A stretch of 64,000 nt of DNA from Acidimicrobiia bacterium (GTDB lineage Bacteria > Actinomycetota > Acidimicrobiia > Acidimicrobiales > Aldehydirespiratoraceae), in NCBI GenBank assembly GCA_022821685.1, contig JAJEDD010000041.1:41486-105485 (forward strand), written 5' to 3'. Position 1 is the stretch's first letter; every line of letters starts with the position of its first letter. Below are positions 60,342 through 64,000 of this stretch, one piece after another. The position numbers were made by a program, and so were the translations under genes. The notes under the pieces were generated by a model. The model saw only the letters and a program-made list of their open reading frames with translations. It was not told the origin of the DNA and made no database searches.

Positions 60342-61799
60342 TCATCGCGACAACATCGCTTCGCCGACGCGAGCTGCGACCTGCTCGGCTTCGGCTCTGG
60401 CCGTGTTGTGGTCGGTTGCCTCCACCATCACCCGCACCAGCGGCTCGGTGCCCGACGGGCGCACCAGCACCCGGCCCGAGTCGCCGAGGCGGGCCGCGGC
60501 GTCGGCCGCGATCGGGCCGAGGGCTGCGTCGAGGTCAGCGGACCGGGCGCCGGCCGGCAGCGGCACCCCCACCAGAATCTGGGGCATGCGAGTCATCGCC
60601 GCGGCGGTGAGGTCGAGCAGGCTCTGCCCGGAGCGCTTGACCGCATCCAGCAACTGCACCGCGGTGAGCAGCCCATCGCCGGTGGTGGCCAGGTCGCGGA
60701 AGATCAGATGGCCGGACTGCTCGCCGCCGAGCACCAAGCCCTGCTCCTCCAGCTCAACGAGCACATGCCGGTCGCCCACCGGTGTCTCAACCACCCCAAT
60801 GCCGCGGCCGGCCATGGCCCGGCGCAGCCCGAGGTTGGCCATGACGGTGACCACCACCGCGTCCCCGCTGAGCCGGCCCCGCGAAGCGCGGTCGATGGCG
60901 CACACCGCGAGGATCTGGTCGCCGTCCACCAAGTCGCCGCAGCCGTCGACGGCCAGCACCCGGTCGGCGTCACCGTCGAAGGCGAGACCGGCGTCGGCGC
61001 CGGAGGCCACCACCGCGGCTTGCAGGCTCTCGGGGTGCAGCGACCCGCAGCCATCGTTGATGTTGTGGCCGTCGGGATCGGCGTGGATCGCCTCAACGTC
61101 GGCACCCAGGCCGCGCAGGCACTCGGGCGCGCCGCGGCACGCCGCGCCGTTGGCCGCGTCGACCACGATGTGCAGCCCAGCCAGGCCGCGTCCCTCAATG
61201 CTCGCGGCCACCGCTTGGACATGGCGACGGTGTGCCAGTTCCCCCGCCTCGACGTCTGCCGCAGCCGAGCTGAGCCGGAAGCGGTGATTCTGGTCCCCAG
61301 CCGCAACCGTCGGGCCGCTTCCAGGGGCGCGTCCCGCGTCGCAGCCTCCGGGCTCGGCCAGGTCGAGAGCGTCTCTCGCGCCGACTGCCGCGCCGCTGGG
61401 CAGGCCTTCGAGCAGCTCGCGATAGCGCCGCTCCACTGCGTGCTGGACCTCGTCGCTCAGCTTGCGGCCCCCGGGCGCGAACAGCTTCACGCCATTGTCG
61501 TGCCATGGGTTGTGCGATGCCGATACCACCGCCCCGGCAACCTGCTCGTCCTGGCACCAGCGGGCCACCGCCGGAGTGGGAACCACCCCCAAGTCGACCG
61601 CCGACCCTCCGGCCCGCTCCACCCCCCGGCTCAGAGCCTCCACCAGACGTGGCCCGGAGACCCTGGTGTCGCGCCCGACCGCGAACCGCTCGGCACCCAA
61701 GACATCGCCCGCGGCCTCGCCCAGCGCGGCTACCAAATGCTCGGTCAGCGGCCCGCGGGTGTCGCCGCGCACCCCGTCGGTGCCGAAGGCCAGGGTCAT
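60342..61799 (-). CDS. glmM: Phosphoglucosamine mutase
   Basis: FGTDGVRG; the active-site serine loop SASHNPWHDNG; GGEQSGH. ATG at 61799. Confidence 0.9.
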   Translation of the reverse strand: MTLAFGTDGVRGDTRGPLTEHLVAALGEAAGDVLGAERFAVGRDTRVSGPRLVEALSRGVERAGGSAVDLGVVPTPAVARWCQDEQVAGAVVSASHNPWHDNGVKLFAPGGRKLSDEVQHAVERRYRELLEGLPSGAAVGARDALDLAEPGGCDAGRAPGSGPTVAAGDQNHRFRLSSAAADVEAGELAHRRHVQAVAASIEGRGLAGLHIVVDAANGAACRGAPECLRGLGADVEAIHADPDGHNINDGCGSLHPESLQAAVVASGADAGLAFDGDADRVLAVDGCGDLVDGDQILAVCAIDRASRGRLSGDAVVVTVMANLGLRRAMAGRGIGVVETPVGDRHVLVELEEQGLVLGGEQSGHLIFRDLATTGDGLLTAVQLLDAVKRSGQSLLDLTAAAMTRMPQILVGVPLPAGARSADLDAALGPIAADAAARLGDSGRVLVRPSGTEPLVRVMVEATDHNTARAEAEQVAARVGEAMLSR

Positions 61800-61863
61800 G
61801 CTTTGCCCGCAGTCCGCGCGCCTGCCGAGCCTGCCGCCGGATGCGCCGTCGGGGGCGCTGCGG

Positions 61864-62256
61864 TCAGCGCTTGCTGTACTGCGGCGCCTTGCGTGCCTTC
61901 TTGAGGCCGTACTTCTTCGCTTCCTTCTTGCGGGGGTCGCGAGTGAGGTACCCGCCCTTCTTGAGCGTGTCGCGCAGCTCGGGCTCCACTTCGACCAACC
62001 CTCGGGAGATGCCCAGGCGCAGCGCTCCGGCCTGCCCGCTGGGGCCACCGCCGTGGATGGTGGCCTCCACGTCGTAGCGGCCCTCGGTGGCGGTGGCGGT
62101 GAGGGGCTCGATGATCTGCGTCTGGTGGGCCCGCGACGGAAAGTACTCCTCGGCGGTGCGGCCGTTGATGGTGACGACTCCGGCGCCGGTCCGCAGCCGA
62201 ACCCGGGCCACGGACCGCTTGCGGCGTCCGGTTGCTTGCACGAGCGGAGCAGTCAT
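61864..62256 (-). CDS. rpsI: 30S ribosomal protein S9
   Basis: [14 protein letters not shown]...[19 protein letters not shown]...[17 protein letters not shown]. Confidence 0.95.
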   Translation of the reverse strand: MTAPLVQATGRRKRSVARVRLRTGAGVVTINGRTAEEYFPSRAHQTQIIEPLTATATEGRYDVEATIHGGGPSGQAGALRLGISRGLVEVEPELRDTLKKGGYLTRDPRKKEAKKYGLKKARKAPQYSKR

Positions 62257-62287
62257 TGTGACCTCACCTCGATCATCGGAAGGCGGC

Positions 62288-62734
62288 TCATCGGGCCCGG
62301 GCGTGCTCGACGGCGTAGGGCTGGGGCTTCTGGGCGGCATGGGGGTGGGTGGGACCGGCGTAGACCTTCAGCTTGCTGATCTGGGCCCGACCCAGCCTCG
62401 TCTTGGGCAGCATGCTCCGGATGGTGTCGCGCAGGGCCTCGTCGGGGCGGCGGGCCAGCTTGGCGCCGTAGGTCTCGGTGCGCAGGCCGCCGGGGTAGCC
62501 GGAGTGGCGGTAGACCCGCTTCGAGTCGGCCTTGCCCGCGGTGAGCACCACCTTGTCGGCGTTGACGATCACCACATGGTCGCCGGTGTCGATATGGGGA
62601 GCGAAGGTGGGCTTGTGCTTGCCCCGCAGCAGGGTCGCGACCTCGGTGGCGAGCCTCCCGAGCACCATGCCCTCGGCGTCGACGAGGTGCCAGCTGCGCT
62701 CGATCTCAGAGGCCTTGGGGCTGTAGGTCGCCAC
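62288..62734 (-). CDS. rplM: 50S ribosomal protein L13
   Basis: [46 protein letters not shown] at 62734 preceded by GGGAG. Confidence 0.95.
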   Translation of the reverse strand: MATYSPKASEIERSWHLVDAEGMVLGRLATEVATLLRGKHKPTFAPHIDTGDHVVIVNADKVVLTAGKADSKRVYRHSGYPGGLRTETYGAKLARRPDEALRDTIRSMLPKTRLGRAQISKLKVYAGPTHPHAAQKPQPYAVEHARAR

Positions 62735-62952
62735 ATTCGCTCCCGTCGGTTCGTGGTCGGACTGAAGACAGCCCCACGGGTCCAAGCGACCGCCCAGACC
62801 GGCCCCTCAGGCTAGGCCCACCCCCAACAAACAACAATCCACCGACACACCCCCCGTCCTGTTGCCCAGATCCTCCCCAAAGTGTCATACGAAATCCCCT
62901 CAAAGTGTCATATGGAGAGCACGCGGCCGACGCTGCGCGAAGGGGCTGCTGG

Positions 62953-63690
62953 CTATTCGTAGAGGGCGGTCCATAGGACCAGGCCTTGGGGTGGGGCTGG
63001 GCTGGGGGCTGCGCTGCGATCTCGGGCTGCGATGATCTTGCCCACGTCCGACGGCTTGTGGCGGCCCCGGCCCACCGACACCAGCAGGGCCACCAGCGAG
63101 CGCACCATCTGGTGGCAGAACGAGCTGGCCTCGATCTCGAACACCGTCACATCCCCCTCGATCCACCACACCGCCCGCCGCACGGTTCGCACCATCGACT
63201 GGTCGGGATGCGACGGATTGCGGCGGCAGAACGAGCTGAAGTCGTGGTCGCCCAGCAGCCGGTCGGCCGCGGTGCGCATGGCCCGCAGATCCAGCGGGTG
63301 CTCCACATGCCAGCACAGGCCGCCCGCCAGCGGATTGGGTACGGGCGAGTTCAGGATCCGATACCGGTACACCCGGCCGGTACACGAGTGCCGAGCGTCG
63401 AAATCGGCGGCGGCCACGCTGGCCCTCGAGGCTGCAATGTGGGGGCCGCACATGCGGTTGACGGCCCGCACCAGCCGGACCGGGTCGGCCCGCTCCACGT
63501 CGGCGTCGAAGGAGACCACCTGGGCCCGGGCGTGCACGCCCCGGTCGGTGCGGCCCGCGCACACCAGATCAACCGGATGGCCCAGCACCCGGCCGAGGGC
63601 GTCGCCCAGGGCCCCGGCCACGGTGGGCACCCCCTCGTTGCGGGCGAAGCCGTGATAGTGCGAGCCGTCGTAGGCCACGGTCATCCGCAT
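62953..63690 (-). CDS. truA: tRNA pseudouridine(38-40) synthase TruA
   Basis: MRMTVAYDGSHYHGFA, catalytic GRTDRGVHA. Start at the internal ATG at 63690; the track ORF starts at 63726. Confidence 0.9.
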   Translation of the reverse strand: MRMTVAYDGSHYHGFARNEGVPTVAGALGDALGRVLGHPVDLVCAGRTDRGVHARAQVVSFDADVERADPVRLVRAVNRMCGPHIAASRASVAAADFDARHSCTGRVYRYRILNSPVPNPLAGGLCWHVEHPLDLRAMRTAADRLLGDHDFSSFCRRNPSHPDQSMVRTVRRAVWWIEGDVTVFEIEASSFCHQMVRSLVALLVSVGRGRHKPSDVGKIIAARDRSAAPSPAPPQGLVLWTALYE

Positions 63691-63770
63691 GCGGACCACC
63701 CCGACCAGCTCGCCGCTACCGGACAATCAGAGGCTCCCCATACATGCCGGACCCCCTGTGGTGAAGTGTC

Positions 63771-64000
63771 TCAGACGAGTTCTATTCGGGCCATGGGGGC
63801 GTTGTCACCTTGGCGGGGGCCGAGCTTGACGATGCGGGTGTAGCCGCCGGGGCGGTCGACGTAGCGGGGGCCGATGTCGTCGAAGAGCTTGGACGCCATC
63901 TCCCGGTCGCCCAGGAACCGCACCACCTGCCGGTGGTTGTGAACGCCGCCGCGGCGGGCCTTGGTGATCATCTTCTCGGCGATGGGGCGCACCGCCTTGG
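63771..64000 (-). CDS. rplQ: 50S ribosomal protein L17 (C-terminal part; the 5' end lies beyond the window)
   Basis: ..[11 protein letters not shown]...[25 protein letters not shown]. Confidence 0.9.
   Translation of the reverse strand, partial: KAVRPIAEKMITKARRGGVHNHRQVVRFLGDREMASKLFDDIGPRYVDRPGGYTRIVKLGPRQGDNAPMARIELV

Noticed and set aside
58527-61904. 1125-aa plus-strand ORF antisense to the GlmS-like gene and glmM
   Set aside because: It is Gly/Arg/His-rich with no motifs. The minus-strand genes are clearly real.

Overview
This is a high-GC, Actinomycetota-like chromosomal window; the taxon is an inference from GC content, codon style and gene order. No tRNA, rRNA, CRISPR array, integrase or transposase was recognised. 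All protein calls come from motifs read by eye in the supplied translations, with no database search.

**Core backbone (minus strand, about 33-64 kb).** The order is rplQ-truA-rplM-rpsI-glmM-(giant GlmS-like)-acpS-NYN-nnr-alr-P1 peptidase-tsaE-tsaB-tsaD-groES-groEL-Nudix-guaB3-guaA, then pcrA, sucCD and purH. It resembles the mycobacterial rplM...groEL1 region.

**Catabolic block (4-17 kb).** It holds MarR, an acetoacetate-decarboxylase-family protein, a CYP125-like P450, a LigB-type dioxygenase, a GS-like synthetase, two GATase-like hydrolases, an ACAD, an aldehyde dehydrogenase and a FAH-family protein.

**Lipid-type cluster (27.8-33.4 kb).** It holds a GPP34-P450 fusion, an MMPL transporter and an ERG6/SMT-like methyltransferase.

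**Most interesting region: a visibly lower-GC accessory segment at 17.0-25.2 kb.**
- A roughly 1008-aa N6-adenine DNA methyltransferase is split by a +1 frameshift inside an 11-nt poly-C tract.
- 19 nt downstream lies an 1175-aa fusion of a PLD(HKD) nuclease and an SNF2 helicase.
- Next to these is a HigB toxin paired with a HigA-XRE/ImmA-peptidase fusion.
- I read the methyltransferase/helicase pair as a candidate uncharacterised restriction-modification-like or DISARM-like defence module with a possible phase-variation switch.

**Other signals not explained by ordinary genes.**
- A family of about 138-150 bp MITE-like repeats bounded by terminal inverted repeats (TIRs) has at least 10 copies, all at gene boundaries.
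- Two near-identical copies bracket an AT-rich promoter+terminator cassette.
- One copy appears to truncate the 5' end of the NYN gene.
- A decaying defence remnant at 0.1-1.9 kb has tandem hicB genes, a frameshifted hicA and an internally deleted hsdM.
- A 51-bp x3 tandem repeat sits at the 5' end of a hydrolase gene.
- An AT-rich, iteron-like region lies upstream of a Fic gene.
- A textbook CIRCE operator lies upstream of groES.

Many long Arg/Gly/Pro-rich ORFs in the track are shadow ORFs and were rejected.
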